Shown here in pieces: positions 13,901 to 28,028 of a stretch of DNA of 64,000 nt. The DNA comes from Thecamonas trahens ATCC 50062 (taxonomy: Eukaryota > Protista > Apusomonadida), in contig NW_013657645.1 of assembly GCF_000142905.1 (NCBI RefSeq), positions 1 to 64,000 of the forward strand, read 5' to 3'. Every line of letters starts with the position of its first letter. Within the stretch, counting starts at the first letter, position 1. The position numbers were made by a program, and so were the translations under genes. Below the pieces are notes generated by a model that worked only from the letters and a program-made list of their open reading frames with translations, was not told the DNA's origin and did no database searches.

Positions 13901-16900
13901 GGCCTTGTCCACGCCGCCACGCTGGCGACCAAGCTTGCCGCCCTCGCCGAGCTCGTCCCCGCTATTTGCGCCCGCTCCGTTCTCCGCGTCTGTCGCCTTG
14001 CCACCGCGATGTGGCGCTCGGTCGAGAGCGCTTCCCTTCTTCCGCCGCAGGCCTACACCCACGAAGCTACCATTGTCGTTGCCGCCGTCCGCATGTGGAT
14101 GGCGCCCCGCCTCGACAAAGCCGACATGCAGAGCTTTGAGGATGCCCTCGCAGCCGCCTTTCCGCGCGGCTGTGAAGCAAGCCCACATCCTGGCCTTGCC
14201 GTCCCGCGCCATGTACCGCTGCTGGATGCCACGGCCGCTGCCGCACATGCCAAAGACCTTGGCCTCGAGGCCACGCCTCAGCTCCTTGCGTGTGCCACTG
14301 CGCTCTGCGACGCCGCGGCTCTTGCGCGCGGCGTCATGCTTGTCGGCTCGCCGGCGTCGGGCAAGTCTGCCGCACTTGCGCTCTTCCGCGCACACCTTGC
14401 CGCTGTTGGCGGCTGGCGGGTGGCGGCGGTCTACCCAGCCTCGCTCACCTACGGTCAGCTGTACGGCTCGATTAACCCGTCGACGGGCGTTTGGGTCGAC
14501 GGCCTTGTTGCACACCTTGTCCGCGCTGCCGCAGCCGCATCTGCAGCCTCTGGTGCCCGCACTCTGATTGTCTTCGATGGCCCGCTCTCGGCCCACTGGG
14601 TCCGTCCGCTCTTCGACCTTCTCGGCGCTCACCCTGTCCTCTGCCTCGACTCGGGCGAGCGCGTGCTCTCAACCCCGGACTTGCATTTGGTGTTTGAGAC
14701 CGAGTCGCTCGACCTCGCGCCGCCGTCGCTCGTCGCGCAGTCGGCTATTGTTCGCACTCCGGGCCCGCTCTCGTGGCGGCTGCTGGTCGCCCCCGCGCTG
14801 GCGCGCTTTGAGCGCGAGTACGGGCCCCAGATGGGTGTTCAGCAACTTGATGTCGCTGCCACCCTTACTCGCCTCCTCGTCGACTCGACACTCGTGGCGA
14901 AGGCGGTCTCAGTCCGGTGCTCGCTCTCGCCCCAGGAAGACGGCCCAGAGGGGCCTTCACCGCAGTGGCCTCCTTCCTCGCGCTGCTCGGCTCCGAGCTG
15001 GCATCGTACCGCGGCGTCGATCTCTCGTCGTCGCCTGAGTTTGGCCGCCTTCACCCTCTCCCGTCATCAGAGACTGCTCTCGCGGCACGACTCGAGGCGC
15101 TGGTTCTCTTTGCCGCCGTCAACACACTTGGTGCGCTCCCGGTCAGCTCGGCACGGACCGGGTGGATTTCTTGGCTCGGTGGCGCACTCTCCAGCTTTGG
15201 CATCGAGCTCGACGCACTCGGCGTCGAGACCGTGGCACAACTTGCCGACGTCGTGCCGAATCCGAATGCAACGGCAGAGCCGCACCTGGTCTCGTGGGCC
15301 GACTACGCCGCCGGCCGCGGCCTGTTTGTCACCATGCCGGTCGTGGGCACTCCTATTCGTGCCCACCGCGGCTTTGCTGCCTCGACCGTCCGTGTCCAGT
15401 ACCTGACCTCCAAGCTCCTCAACGCCGGACACCATGTGGCGCTCTGTGGTCCATCGGGTGCGGGCAAGACGCGCCTCATGCTGGACATTTTCTTCCGCAA
15501 CGAATGGCTCGCCCCAACGTGGCCGGCCACGTTGTCCCGGGCACCGCCCACATGCAGGCGTCGGGCTTTCAGCTCGCGCTCGACCGGGTCCTCACACGCA
15601 AGCGAAAGAACGTCTGGGGCCCGATTGCCCACGGCCAGACCCGCGCCATCCTCGCCGACGACTTTGAGTTCCGCATGGAAGAGGGTGCGCTTGGCGAGCT
15701 GCTCCGCCAGTGGCACGACACAGGCGGCTGGCACGACGCCACCAAGCCGACAACCTTTCGCTTTGTCGAGTCGATTCAGTTTGTGTTGGCCTCCCTCGAC
15801 GCCGACGCCGACCCGCTGCCGCCGCGGCTGGCCCATCGGTTTGTCACGCTTGCCGTTGAACCACCGTCGCACGACGAGCTCGTTGTTGCGCTCGCGCCCG
15901 CCGTTGCTGTTCACCTCCATACCGCCCACAAGCTCTCATCGCTCGACCTTAGGTCGCTCTCGAAGCCTCTTGTCGGTGGAACGCTCGCGCTGTACCACGA
16001 CCTTGCGCTGGCGCTTCCCGCCTCGCACGCGCGGCCGCACTACGCCTTCAACATTCGACATGTCGTCAAGGTACTTGACGGCCTTGTCCTTGCAGTCCGC
16101 GGCGGTCTCGAGTCTGTGGAAGACGTGCTCGAGGCGTGGCACCACGAGCTCCGACGGGTCTTTGCTGACGGCCTCGTCGAGCTTGAGCACCGGACATGGG
16201 TCGCTCGCTGGATCGCCACCCACGGCCCACAGCTCTTTGCAGGCATTGCCGATGCCCAAGTGCTAGCCGAGCTCTTTGCATCGCCGCCGCGGCTGTTCAA
16301 CACCCTCATGCCAAGCGTCGCCAAGGACCACCCGTACGCGCCGGTGGCTTCGGGTGACAGTCTTCTCGACGTGGTCGACAATTTTGTGACCGAGCTCAAT
16401 GCGTCGACACAGACCCCGCTCAAGCGGGCCTTCCTCATGGACGCTGTGTCGCACATCTCTCGCCTCAACCGCGTCTTTTCGCTCCAGCGCTCGCACGCGG
16501 TCCTTGTCGGCGCAACAGCAGCGCAGCGGACAAGCCTCGCTCGGCTCGCCGCTGTCCTCTCGCACGTCGCCCAGCGTGCCATCCTCGAGCTCTCGGCCAC
16601 GCTCCACTCCGACGAGGTCGAGTGGCGCAAGCTCCTCTCGTCTGCGCTGCTTCGGGCCGGTGGCCTCGGCCTTGCCACGGTGCTCATTGTCGATGAGACC
16701 CAGCTTGCTGCCGAGTGCGTCCTCGCCGACTTGGCCATTGTCATCAACTCGGGTCACGTTCCCATCACCCTCTTTACCGAGGAGCAGCAGCAAGCCGTTG
16801 CGCGCCACATCCGCAACACTCATCCGGGCATGGTCGAAGGCGCCGCCATCTACGTCCAGTTCCTCCGCAACATCAAGACCCATCTGCACCTGGTGTTTGG

Positions 16901-19900
16901 CTTTGACGCCGCCTCGCCCACCATGCACTTTGTCACCCGCCACTACCCGGCACTGCTCAACTGCTGCACCCTCGACTGGTTTGACACCGTGCCCGACGAC
17001 GACCTGCGGCTGGCCGCGCACCAGGTTCTTCACAACGTGCCTGGTGCACTGCTGAGCTCGAGCATGCTTGAGAGCGTCGGTGACCTGCTTGTCGACCTGC
17101 ACAAGGTGGCCGTGCACGTGACGGGCGCCTTTGCGCTCGCCACCGCGCTGCCGACCCCGGTCTCGCCCGCAAGCTTCACCGAGTTTCTCTCCGAGGTTGT
17201 GGAGGTCATCAAGCACCGCTCGCAAGAGTACTCGGAGCGGGCACAGGTGCTCACCGCGGCGCTGCTACAGGTCGACAGCGCCAACGCGGCGGCGGCCCAG
17301 CTCAAGATCGAACTCGTTGGCCTATACCAGACCATCACCGAACGTGAGGCTACCATTGCGGCGCTCGAGGAGGAGCTGTCGGACGACCACGCTTCGATTC
17401 GGCACTTTGAGGACGAGCTGGCTGTTCTCAGCCAGGCCATTGACGCCAAGAACGCGACTGCGAGTGAGCTCGAGTCGGTACTGCAAGTCTCAGAGGAGAC
17501 GGTGCTGCCCAACATGGTGCGCGCCAAGAAGCGGCTGAAGCAGCTACAGCGACGGACCCAGCTGAGCCTGGCGTCCAAAACCAAGCCGTCGCTGGCCCTG
17601 CGGCTGGTGATGAAGGCCATCTGCATCATCCGCGAAATCACACCACGCTACGTCATGGTGCCCGGAACCGGCGCCGATGGCGCGCCGATCCGCGAGGAGA
17701 CGTACTGGCCTGAGGCCAAGATCTTGCTCGCCGACGGCAAGTTTGTACGCAACCTTCTGTTCGTTGACCCGATGCAGCTGACCGACGAGTCTGTGGCCAA
17801 GCTTGCTGACGTGCTCGCGCACGAGAGCTTCCAGGGCAAGGCGGTGGTCAAGCTCCGGCGGCCGGTCCGTCTACTGTACGACTACGTGCACGCGGCGTAC
17901 CAGCTGAGAGTCACGCTCACCTCGCTCAAGCCGCAGCAGGAGGAGCTTCGCATTCTGCGGATTGAGATTGAGGGCCTCCTCGTCGAGCGGGCCGGGCTCA
18001 CCGCCGAACTCCACGCGCTGTCGGCCAAGATTGCGTCGCGCGACGCCGAGCTTGTGTCGGCGCGCAACGAGCTCGTAGCGGCGCGGGCGACCAAGGATGC
18101 TCATGTGGCGCGGGTCCAGCACGCGCAAAAGCTCGAGTCGATGCTCGAAGACAACGTGGCAACCTGGGGTGAGCGGCTCAGCGAGCTGCGGAAGCGGCTC
18201 GAGGCGCTGCTGGGTGACGCACTAGTGGCGGCGACCTTCCTAGTCTATGGCGGCCCGCTCTCGGTCGAAGCGCGAAACAGCCTGGCAAGCAAGGCAATCC
18301 AGGCTGCGGTTGCTGCGGGCTTGCGCCCGTCGCAGACCGAGGAAACCTTTGACCTCGGTGAGCTGCTGATGGGCAAGGCTGAGCGGCTTGGATGGGCGGC
18401 GCTCGGCCTTGATGCCCGCGACCGGTTTGCGGCTCAGAACGCAGTCATCATGTTTGTCAACAACCAGCGATGGCCGCTGCTCATTGACCCGTCGGGCAAC
18501 GGCGTACGCTGGGTCCGCTCCCTCGAGGGCGAGCCTCTCCGCGAAATCCGGGCTGGCTCGGACAATGTGATGGCGGCGGTGAGCCGCGCTGTCCGCGACG
18601 GCGTGCCAGTCCTCCTCCACGGCATCCTCTCCGACGCCGACCTGCCGCCTGCGCTCGGCCCGCTGCTCTCCAAGCTTTACTTTACCGACAACGATGGGCT
18701 CGGCGTGCGGATTGGTGATGTGGTGGTCAACGTTCGCGAGGGCTTCCACCTCTACCTAGCGACGCCACTGGAAGACGCATCGTGTCTCACGCTGGTGACA
18801 TCGGGCATTGTCGGCTGTATCTCGTACCGGCACGCACCGACGACAGTGAGCCTTGCGCTAGGTCAGGCCATTGCCGACGCCACTGCGCCGAGCCTCCGTG
18901 TGGAGGACAAGCGCGACGCGGTCATTACGGCCGAGCTTGCGCTGCTGGAGGCGGATGGGCACTTGCTCACGATGCTGACAGAGTCCGCGATAGACGCGCT
19001 GGTGGGCAGCGACGCGCTGCTGGACGAGCTCGGGCGGGCCAAGTCACAGCTACTGCTGGCAGAGAACGTGCTCGCCAAGCGGCGCGAGGCGCTCGGCGAG
19101 GCGCGGCGGGCGTTTGACGACGTGCTCGGGCCAGTGGTAGAGACTGCAGTCTCGATGTACGGTGCCATGTCTGACTTGCATAGCGTCAACCCGGTGTATC
19201 GGTTCTCGTTTGGCTGGTTCCAGGCCGCGCTGGTGGCGCAGCTGGCTCGACAGCTGGGCGAGGTGGTCGCTGCTGGAACAAGCGGCAGTGCCTCTATGCC
19301 GCACACGGCGTCAGAGGCCATGCTGGGCGAGGGCAGCGAGGCAGCCATTGACCCGTCACTGGCCGCCGAGCTGGGCGAGGCAATGCGAGTTGCGCGAGCG
19401 AGCGTCTTTGGCGAGGTTTCCAAGTCGCTCTTTGACGAGGATGCACTGCTGTTTGCCACGCTGCTCGTTGTGCGCGACCGCGTGGCGAGCGGCGCCGTCT
19501 CGCGCGAGCTCTACGACGCGTTTGTGCACGGGCCGGGGGCAGGCGATGGCGGTGGGCGGCGGTTTGGTGCAAATCCGGCTCCCGAGTGGCTCAACGACGC
19601 CGCGTGGGCGGCCGTGTGTGCAACAGCCGGTACTGTACCTGGCCTCGATGGGCTCTCGGCCGAGGTGACGATGCGTCCAAGCGAGTGGCGCAAGTGGCTG
19701 GAGGCCAGTGAGCCGTGGCGGACGCCGCTGCCCACGGACAAGTGGCAGCGGCGGGTGCCGACAAAGTCGTTCCTGCGGCTGGTGCTGGTGCGGTGTGTGC
19801 GGCCGGACGCGCTGCTCGGCGCACTGCGGCACTACATCTGGTTTGCCCGCGAGGACTACGGGCCCGAGTTTGTGAGCTCGCGGTTGGCAGACGTCGGGTA

Positions 19901-22265
19901 CATGCTTGCGCACGCGTCGCTTCCGCCAGGGGTGGCGTCGTGGTCGTGCGCGCCGGTGGCGATTCTGCACGACGACGGCGTCGATCCTCTCCTGCCGGTG
20001 GTTGCCCACGCCGCCGCCGCTGGCGTACCCGAGTCCAAGCTCCTCATTGTCCCGCTTCACTCACACTCGGTATGGCGCGCACCTAGTGAGCCTGAGAGCA
20101 CGAGTGGAGTGTCCGCCTCGAGTAGTGCCGGAACCGGCACCAGCGGCAGCGGATGGCCTGCCGCCTCGCGCGAGGTGGGCGAGCCTGCGCCGGGCGCCGC
20201 GAGTCTACTCGCCTCGGGCATGTCGAATCCTGCGCTGGCCGCGAGGGCGGGTGCAGGCGCAACCGCTGGCGCGGTGTCTGGCCTCAACACCTCGGCGCGG
20301 CGCGGGCTGGGGCGGGTGCGAGGGAGCGGTGCCGGAGGCGGGAGCGGGAGCCCAGTGAGTCTAGGAGGTTTGGTCGCCGCGGCGCCGACAGGTTCAACCG
20401 GCGCGTCGGAGCTGCAGCGGGCGTCGCTGGAGACGACGATGGCCGGGCGTCTGCTGAGCTCTAAGCTCGACGGCGGGCTCGGATGGGGCCCGCCGGTCAA
20501 GTCTGTACTGGACGCCGCCAACTCGTGGGGCCGATGGGTGGTGCTCACCGATGTGGACGAGGCACCGCAAGAGGTGCTCGACGAGCTTGCGCGGTACGTC
20601 ATGGGGCTCTCACCGGCGGTGACGCACACGGCGTTCCGGCTGTTTGTGCTGGCGAGCCCGGTCATCTCACTCCCGCAGCCGCTTCTCTCGCAATGCGTGA
20701 CGCTTGTGGCGCAGGCCGCGCCGAGCGTGCGGTCGAGCGTGATGAGCGCGTTCAGCCACAACGGCGAGAAGCTGAGCAAGGCACTCTCTGCCGACCGCCG
20801 AACGAGCTGGCGGCGCGCAGCGGTGGGTGTGTTCTTTGTGCATGCGCTTGTTCGTGGGCGATTCCGGTTTGAGCCGCAGGGCTGGTCGTGGCCTGTGGCG
20901 CTGCCGAGCTTGGCCACCGAGGTCGAGGTGCTTGGGGTGCTCGAGCGCGAGCTTGCAGCGCGGCCAGTCGGGCGTGACATCGAGCATGTGCTGGCCTTCG
21001 TCCGTGGATGGGCCCGCGACGTGGCGTACGGTCCGCTCTTTGGTGCGCCGCTGGACCGCTGGATTGTGGAGGCGCTGCTGCGGTCGGTGCTGCGGCCAGA
21101 GATTGCGGACGAGAGCCGCAACTTTGTGCTCCGCGGCGAGTACGTGCTACCCAAGGCGTCTGCCGGACTCCCGTCCGAGTATCTCGAGCATGTCAAGACC
21201 CAGTTTAGCAGCGACGATCCGGCGAGCGTGTTCGGCCTCCCGGATTCGGTGACGAGCGAGGCCAACCGGAAGCATGTCCACCACTTGCTTGCCGCACTGG
21301 CAAGCCTCGATCTTGTGCACGCAGACTCTGACTCGGTTCCGCCTCCGCGACACACAATCTCGTCGTGGTCGGACGAGGCAACGACGGTCATTGCCACGCT
21401 TGCACAGCGGGTGCCGGAGCAGATTCCGGGGAAGCTGGTGGCGGTGCCGGATCACGCGTCGCTGAGCGTGAAGCTTGTGGCGCGGCAGGTGAGTCGGTAC
21501 AACAAGTTGCTCCAAGTAGTCCATGACTCGCTGGCGGAGCTGAGCGCGGCGCTCGCCGGTCGGGCGGTGCTGAGCCTCGAGCACGAAGTGCTCTGCGAGC
21601 AGCTTCTTCGCGGGCTTATTCCGTTTCAGTGGGCGGTTGTCTCTTACGAGCACATGTACGGCCTGCAAAGGTTCCTCGATGATCTTGCGCGGCGTGTGGC
21701 GAGCGTGCGGCGGGTGTGCAGCGGCGAGGCTGCCGGCGGCCTACATGCCGGCTCGGTCGATGTCTCGATCCTCTTTGCCCCGCGCGAGCTGTTTGCGGCG
21801 GTCCGCGAGGCGGCCGCGGCGGCACTGGAGACGACCTTGGACATGGTCGAGGTGCGTCTCTCGTTTGCGGCCGATGAGGTTCAGGCCGCGACGGCGGCAG
21901 GGGGCGGCGGCAGCGCTCGCGCGCGTGCCGGCCTGTGCGTCGATGGTCTCTGGATCCAGGGCGCGCAGTGGTCTCCGGACCGCAGCGTGGTGATGGAGAG
22001 CAGCGAGAGTGCCGGATCTGCACCGATGCCACGCGGGGTGCTGAGCGGCGTGGCTGTTCGCAAGCATGAAGATGCCCAAGCCGAGGCTGGAGTGGTGCGG
22101 GTGGCTGTCCCTGTGTGGTCGACCGAGTGGCGAGCCGAGACGCCGCTGGTGTGGGTGGAGCTCGACGCGTCGCCGACGCTGCATGTTGATGCTGTGCATG
22201 CGGTGGAGGACGAGTGGGCGCTGCGGAGCGTGGCGCTGCTGTGCGAGGCGCCAAACAGGGTGTAG
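7949..22265 (+). CDS. Divergent axonemal inner-arm-type (DNAH1-like) dynein heavy chain, about 4770 aa; frame breaks near 14952 and 15513
   Basis: DNAH1-like N-terminus (FLPLDSFD...YVSRFNLVFDGED...YYVNDMP). Linker motifs QRHWTYLQPVF and YLNVKRSTFPRFFFL. P-loops GEHSTGKT, GSPASGKS and GPSGAGKT. LYGSINPSTGVWVDG, IVFDGP, LCLDSGE, YPALLNCCTLDWF, stalk/MTBD YWPEAKILL, RWPLLIDP. Confidence 0.9.
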
Positions 22266-22286
22266 CTAGCTACTAAACGCGTTTAT

Positions 22287-25054
22287 CTACCGCTTGCGAT
22301 GAGTGGGTGTGCGACCTGGGAGTGGCGGCATGATCGGCGTCAGGCCGTCAAGGCCGGGAGCCGGCTCGGGCATGGCCGACGGTGGGTGGGGCCGGTTGCG
22401 GGGATGGGTGCGTCCGCGGGGGGCGCGCGGGCGCGAGCCGCGCGGGCGCGAGCCTGCGGCGTAGGGCGAGCCTGTGGCGTGGGAGACGCCGCGTAGGGGG
22501 TGCGAGGACGGCGGCGGCGCCGTGGCCGGGCCAGCTGAGCGCTCGAGGAGGATGGCGAGGGCGGCGTTGATGGACGAGAACTGGGCGTCGACCTTGAGCT
22601 CGAGCGACGCAACTTCGCGCTGGAGCGAGTTGAGTGCCGCCGAGTCCTCTTCCATGAGCGCGGACGTGGCAGCGGTGAGGGCGTCGATGCGGTCAGAGAC
22701 GTCAGTGCGGCTGGCGGCAGCGGCGGAATCAGCGTAGGACTCGTGCGGGAGGCGGAAGGAGACCGAGTGGTCGCGGGGGCGCGAGCTTGTCGAGTTTGCG
22801 CGCGGGCGCGGGCTCGAGCATGGCGAGCTGTCGTCGTCGAGGGAAAGGGCGCTGATGGCCGCAGTCGAGGAGGGATCGAGACGACGGAGGAGGTGCTTGC
22901 GGCGCTTGTAGCCAGTCTTGTCGGCCGACTTGAAGGAGCGGAAGGACATGGAGCGAAGCATGGCGCCCTGGCGCGCAATCTCGTACTCAAGCCGCGAGAT
23001 GGCGGCCGACTTTTCGTGCGGGTAGTCCTGCTGGGCCCAGTGGAGGAGCGAGGGCTGGCCGGGCGGCGGCTGGCGATCGGTGCCTGCGGACGATGTCGAG
23101 GCGTTGAGCATGGACGCGCCGCGGATGGTGGAGACACGCTCGAGGTTGTTGGCAGCGGTGGCGGTGAGAGTCGCGGTTGTGATCTCTGGCTCCGTCCGTG
23201 GCGTTGCCGGGACGCCGATGCCGGGCGCCGAGGCAGAGTGCGACGCGCGCGAGCGGCGCGAGTGCGAGTGCGAGCGGGAGCGGGAGCGCGGACAGGCGCG
23301 CTCGCACGAGCTGTTTCCGGAGAGGCCCGATGTGTCTGCGTCACCGGTGTTGTCAGCCGAGCACGAGTCGACAGACTCAGAGTAGGCCTCTGTGGCGTCC
23401 ACGAGGCGGGGGCCGGACGGCAAGCCTGTGAACGAGAGGCGAAGGGCGCGGGAGTCGGCGGCGAGCTTGGCGTCGGTGGCGCGGACGAGGTCGGCCATGG
23501 AGGCGGACTTGGTGGGGGCGAGTGGGGACGAGGTGTTGAGGACAGACGAGGTGCGGGTAGCGGCGAGGCCAGAGGAGGATATGCCGGAGCGGAGGCGGAG
23601 GCGCTCGAGCAGATAGTTGACGTCCGCATGGAGGTCGAGGAGCTCGATGAAGATCTCCTCAAAGATGGCGGCGTAGTCGGCCTCGGTCTTGGTGTTCATG
23701 GACGAGAGCGAGTGCTTGAGCTTGCGCCATGTGCGGAGGGCAGCGTACATGGTGCGCTCCGCGGTGCGCACGGCGCGACGGGCGCGGAACGAGGGCCGCG
23801 CTTTGACGGCGCGACGGGCGCGCGAGTAGGCCCACGCCTTTTGGATGACGACGGCTGCCGACGGCGCAACGAGACGGCGCGAGCGGTCGCGGCGGAGAAA
23901 GGTGACGACCTTGGCCTCTTGCAGCGAGAGCGCGAGGCGGCGCTGGACGAGGGCGACGAGGAGGGCGGTGAGAAGGAGGCCGATGAGGGCAGTGACAAAG
24001 GCGGAGATGCGGCCGGAGAGCGTGGTGACGACAATGTCGCCGTAGCCGACGGTGACGAGGGTGATGCCGAGAAACCAGATCGAGTCGCCAAACTGGGCGT
24101 GCTGCGGATTGTCGATGCGCTCGGCAATGTGGACAATGTACGAAAGAACCGCAACGAGGGTCGAGAGCAAGCCGGCGACGACCGAGTATGGGTGGGCATC
24201 GAGGATGGTCTTGAGCACAAAAAGATTGGAGAACTCGACGTCGGAGAGCGCGCCGATAAACTGCGAGCCGCGCCGGAAGAGGAACGAGTGATCGCGAATG
24301 TAGCGCGGGATAAGATAGGCGCGGAGAAACATGAGGATGAGGATGGGGAGCGGATGCGGACTTCCGAGTCGCTCCGCTCGCGCATGACGTCGTAGTCGAT
24401 CCGCTGAACCGCGGGTAGGTCCAGGAACGGGCCGGCGTGGACGGCACAGATTACCATCTCAAACGCGCACGAGACAGCGAGCGGCGAGGTGAAGACCGTT
24501 GACGACGCCGGCGTCAGATCCTTCAGCCGCAGCAGACGATGTGCGAGGCTAAAGTACGAGTACACAGTCCAGAGCAGGCCGATCGTGGAGAGCGAGACAA
24601 ATGCTTTGAGGATGGTGGAGATGAAAGTGGGTTGTCCATCGTGGGCGTGCTCGATCTCGTGCTGTCATGCCGCCCCGTCATGACCGTGACCACAGCCAAC
24701 CCAGACATCACAGCCAGCCGTCACCACACGGTCCCCGCCCGCCCGTGAGTCCTAACCATCACCCACACCCGCACACACTCTCTCCCTTACTCCATCTCGC
24801 CGTCATCCGTCACATACCGAGAGACATGCAAGACCAAGGCCTACAAGGGCAAGGATGACGGTAGCACGCGAGATCTTGCGCTGCTTGCGCTGGATGGCGA
24901 CCTCGGGCACGCCGGCCTTGCGGGCAAACTCCGCCGTGGTCGGCACAGCTTGACCAGTACCAAACGAAGCCGACATGCGAACCATGTTGACCACCGCCGA
25001 CGAGCCCTTCTCCCGTCGTCGTGAGGGATGGAAGACAGACGGAAAGCCCACCAT
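22287..25054 (-). CDS. Small/intermediate-conductance Ca2+-activated K+ channel (SK/KCNN-like); intron 24662-24817; frame break near 24346
   Basis: Pore TVGYGD, S4 MFLRAYL and S2 LKAFVSLSTIGLL. CaM-binding-domain-like AAVVIQKAW...RTWRKLK. A phase-0 intron GTATGT...GACAG restores the S1-S2 segment. Confidence 0.88.
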
Positions 25055-25924
25055 GTCCCGTCGGTGACTTCCTCCAAAGTCAGGTTACCCACACCCCCGA
25101 CCACCCATACACACACTCTCTCTCACTCTCTCTCCCCCTGGCTGCTCACCCGTAGATCAACTGCCATGACCCCCCCCCCTCCCCCCCGACCCTCCCAAGC
25201 TCATCCTTCAAAAATTGTCCCCATCACCCCCCACCCCCCACCCCCACCACCCCAACCCCCCCATGANNNNNNNNNNNNNNNNNNNNNNNNNNNNNNNNNN
25301 NNNNNNNNNNNNNNNNNNNNNNNNNNNNNNNNNNNNNNNNNNNNNNNNNNNNNNNNNNNNNNNNNNGTAATCTCACTCTCTCTCCCCCCTGGCCTGCCTC
25401 ACCCGTAGATCAACTGCCATGACCCCCCCCCTCCCCCCGACCCCCCCAAGCTCCATCCTTCAAAAATTGTCCCCATCACCCCCACCCCCACCCCCCACCA
25501 CCCCAACGCCCCCCCCCCCCCCTCCGCATAGGCCAACGAGCAAAAATTTCTCCGCACGACCGTCAAAGCCAATCACCACCGCTAATTTACTGGCGGGAAA
25601 AGCCCCCGTTGCAACGACGACCAACACAATCACAATCAATGACTACCGTTGCAATTTGGCGGTTCGACATTCGTCTCCCTTTTTCAGAGCGCTGAAAAAG
25701 CGGAATTTTTTTTGGTTCGGTTTGTGGCAGAAATCGTAACGCGCGTCATTCTCATTAACGTTCTTTGTTCATCAACTTACGATTGTTGTGCTTGTTGGCT
25801 CACGCGCGTGCAAAGGTCATTCGTTCTTCCACGTCTGCCCTCCCTCCCTCCGCTTCCCCCGCTCCCCCCCCCTCCCGCATACTCCCCCCCACACACACAC
25901 CTTCTGTGTAACTGAGGTTTGAGT

Positions 25925-27957
25925 ATGCCTGGTACGATGACTGGTATGGTGGTTGCTGTCGTGGCACTCGCCTCGCTTCTCCTCGCACCGCACCTTGCCC
26001 TCGGTGGCTCGGTCCCGCCGTGGGCAACGTACACCTTTGATGGCAAAACCAACCGAGGTGACGGAGTCGGTGCGGCTGGGACCAACCTCGCGCGGTACCT
26101 TGGTTACCATTATCCGGACGGCTCGTCTTCTATGGAGTTTGCGTCGCGGCCAAAGTGCTGTGACCTCGAGGCGTTTTTCCGTGTCGAAGTCGACCAGCCG
26201 TCGCTGGAAGGCCTCAATGTGGCCACCATGTCCTTTGGCCAATTCTCGCTCTCGCACGATGTGGCCCTCACGCCCGACTCGACCGACCTTCATCCCAACC
26301 CCGAGTCATGCACCTCGCTCCATCGCATGAAGTATGTGCCGGGCTCGTCGCCGCGGGAGCATGTCAACGTCGTCACCTCGTTCATCGACTTGTCCCAGGT
26401 CTACGGCTCAGACGATGCCAAGGCCCTGGCGCTCCGCACTCTCTCGGGCGGCAAGCTCAAGACCGGGCCGGGCAACCTCCCGCCGCGCGGGTGCAAGACC
26501 CTTGGCGTCAACATGGGCAACCCCATCCATGGCGTGTCCAACGAGCAGCTCTTTTGCGTCGGCGACACCCGCGGGAACGAGAACATCATGCTCCTCGCCT
26601 TCCACGCCATCTTTGTCCGCGAGCACAACCGCCTCGCGGATGAGCTTGCTGCCGCACACCCGCGGTGGTCCGACGACGAGCTCTTTTCAAGGCCCGCGCC
26701 ATCAACATTGCCCAGTACCAGCAGATCACCTTCTACGAGTACTCGCGCGCCATCCTCGGCGACGCCGTCTTTGACCGCCTCATCGGCCCGTACTCTGGCT
26801 ACGACCCGGCCATCCGCCCCGAGGTCTCGGCCGAGTTCTCGCAGGGCTCGTTCCGCTTTACCCACGGCCAGATCCCCGAAGTTGTCGTCGACATGACCAC
26901 CCCGTCGAGCCCGTACCTCCGCTCGCTCTCCGAGTTCTTCTTCAACCCCAAGGAGCTCGCCGGCCGCGGCGTCGACGCCTTTATGCACGGCATGTTGCTC
27001 TACCCGTCGCAGGAGGTCGACGCCCAGTACGCCAAGACCCTCATTGACTTTCCGCACCTCCTCGCTCTCGACTGCATGCGCGTCCGCGACCTCGGCCTCG
27101 CCTCGTTTGAGCACGCCCGCGCCCACTACGGCATCGCCTCGCCGGTCACTGACGTCCCGCGCAAGCTCGCGCTCCTCGACGTCTACGCCTCGTCGTCCGA
27201 GGGCACCGACCTCTTCACCGGCGGTCTCGCCGAGGAGCACGAGGTCGGCTCGTCGTTTGGCCCGGTCTTCAATGCCATCTATGCCCAGCAGTTGCTTGCC
27301 CTCCGTGACGGCGACCCGTACTGGTTCGAGAACCCGTCGTACGCCCTCCTCTCTGCCGCCGAGCGCACCGCCGCCCGCGCCACAACCCTCGCCCACATCA
27401 TCCGCCGCAACACCGACATCCCGGCAGACCTCGTCCCCGACAATGCCTTCAAGATGCCGTTCTACTCGGCAAACACTGCGTCGTCGGGTGGCGTCGCTAC
27501 GTCCACCTCGTCGGCTTCGGGCTCGACGTCGTCACCCGCCTCCCAGTCGACCGCAGACGGCCACGTCTACCCCACCGCGCCTGCCGCCTCCAACAACGCC
27601 GAGCTCAGGTACCTCCGCGCCCTCACAGGCATCACCGTCGTCGGCTTCCTCGTCGTCCTCGCCTCGGCCGCTGTCCTCGCCGCCACCGCCTACCGCCTCG
27701 TCAACCGGCCCACCGCCGCCCCGGTCGCCTCGACCAAGCGCTCCTCCGGCCTCGCCCGCTCGGTCAAGCCGCCGCGCAAGGATGCGAACCGCTTTGACGG
27801 CGGCGCCTCACTCATCCACCTCGGCTATACCGTCTCGCCCGAGCACTCGGCCTCTTACGAGGGTGACGTCTGGATGTCGCACGTCTCGTCCGACGACCTC
27901 TCGTCCTCGCCGCGCGCTCCTGCTGCCGCTGCCGCCGCTGCCAAGCCGCGCGCGTGA
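25925..27957 (+). CDS. Animal-type heme peroxidase (peroxidase-cyclooxygenase superfamily) with signal peptide and C-terminal TM helix; frame break near 26685
   Basis: FGQFSLSHD (distal His), TSFIDLSQVYGS, GDTRGNE, FVREHNRLA, FRFTH (proximal His), RVRDLGL, LRDGDPYWFEN. TM segment LTGITVVGFLVVLASAAVLAATAY. Confidence 0.88.
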
Positions 27958-28028
27958 GCAAGCAAGTGAGAGTGTGTGCAACGCGTTTCGTAGTTTTTTT
28001 ACCTTAGCCAGCCAAGGGGGTGGTGAGC

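Noticed and set aside
25120-25510. Direct repeat of about 140 bp flanking the N gap
   Set aside because: Near-identical copies on each side of a gap indicate unmerged contig ends.
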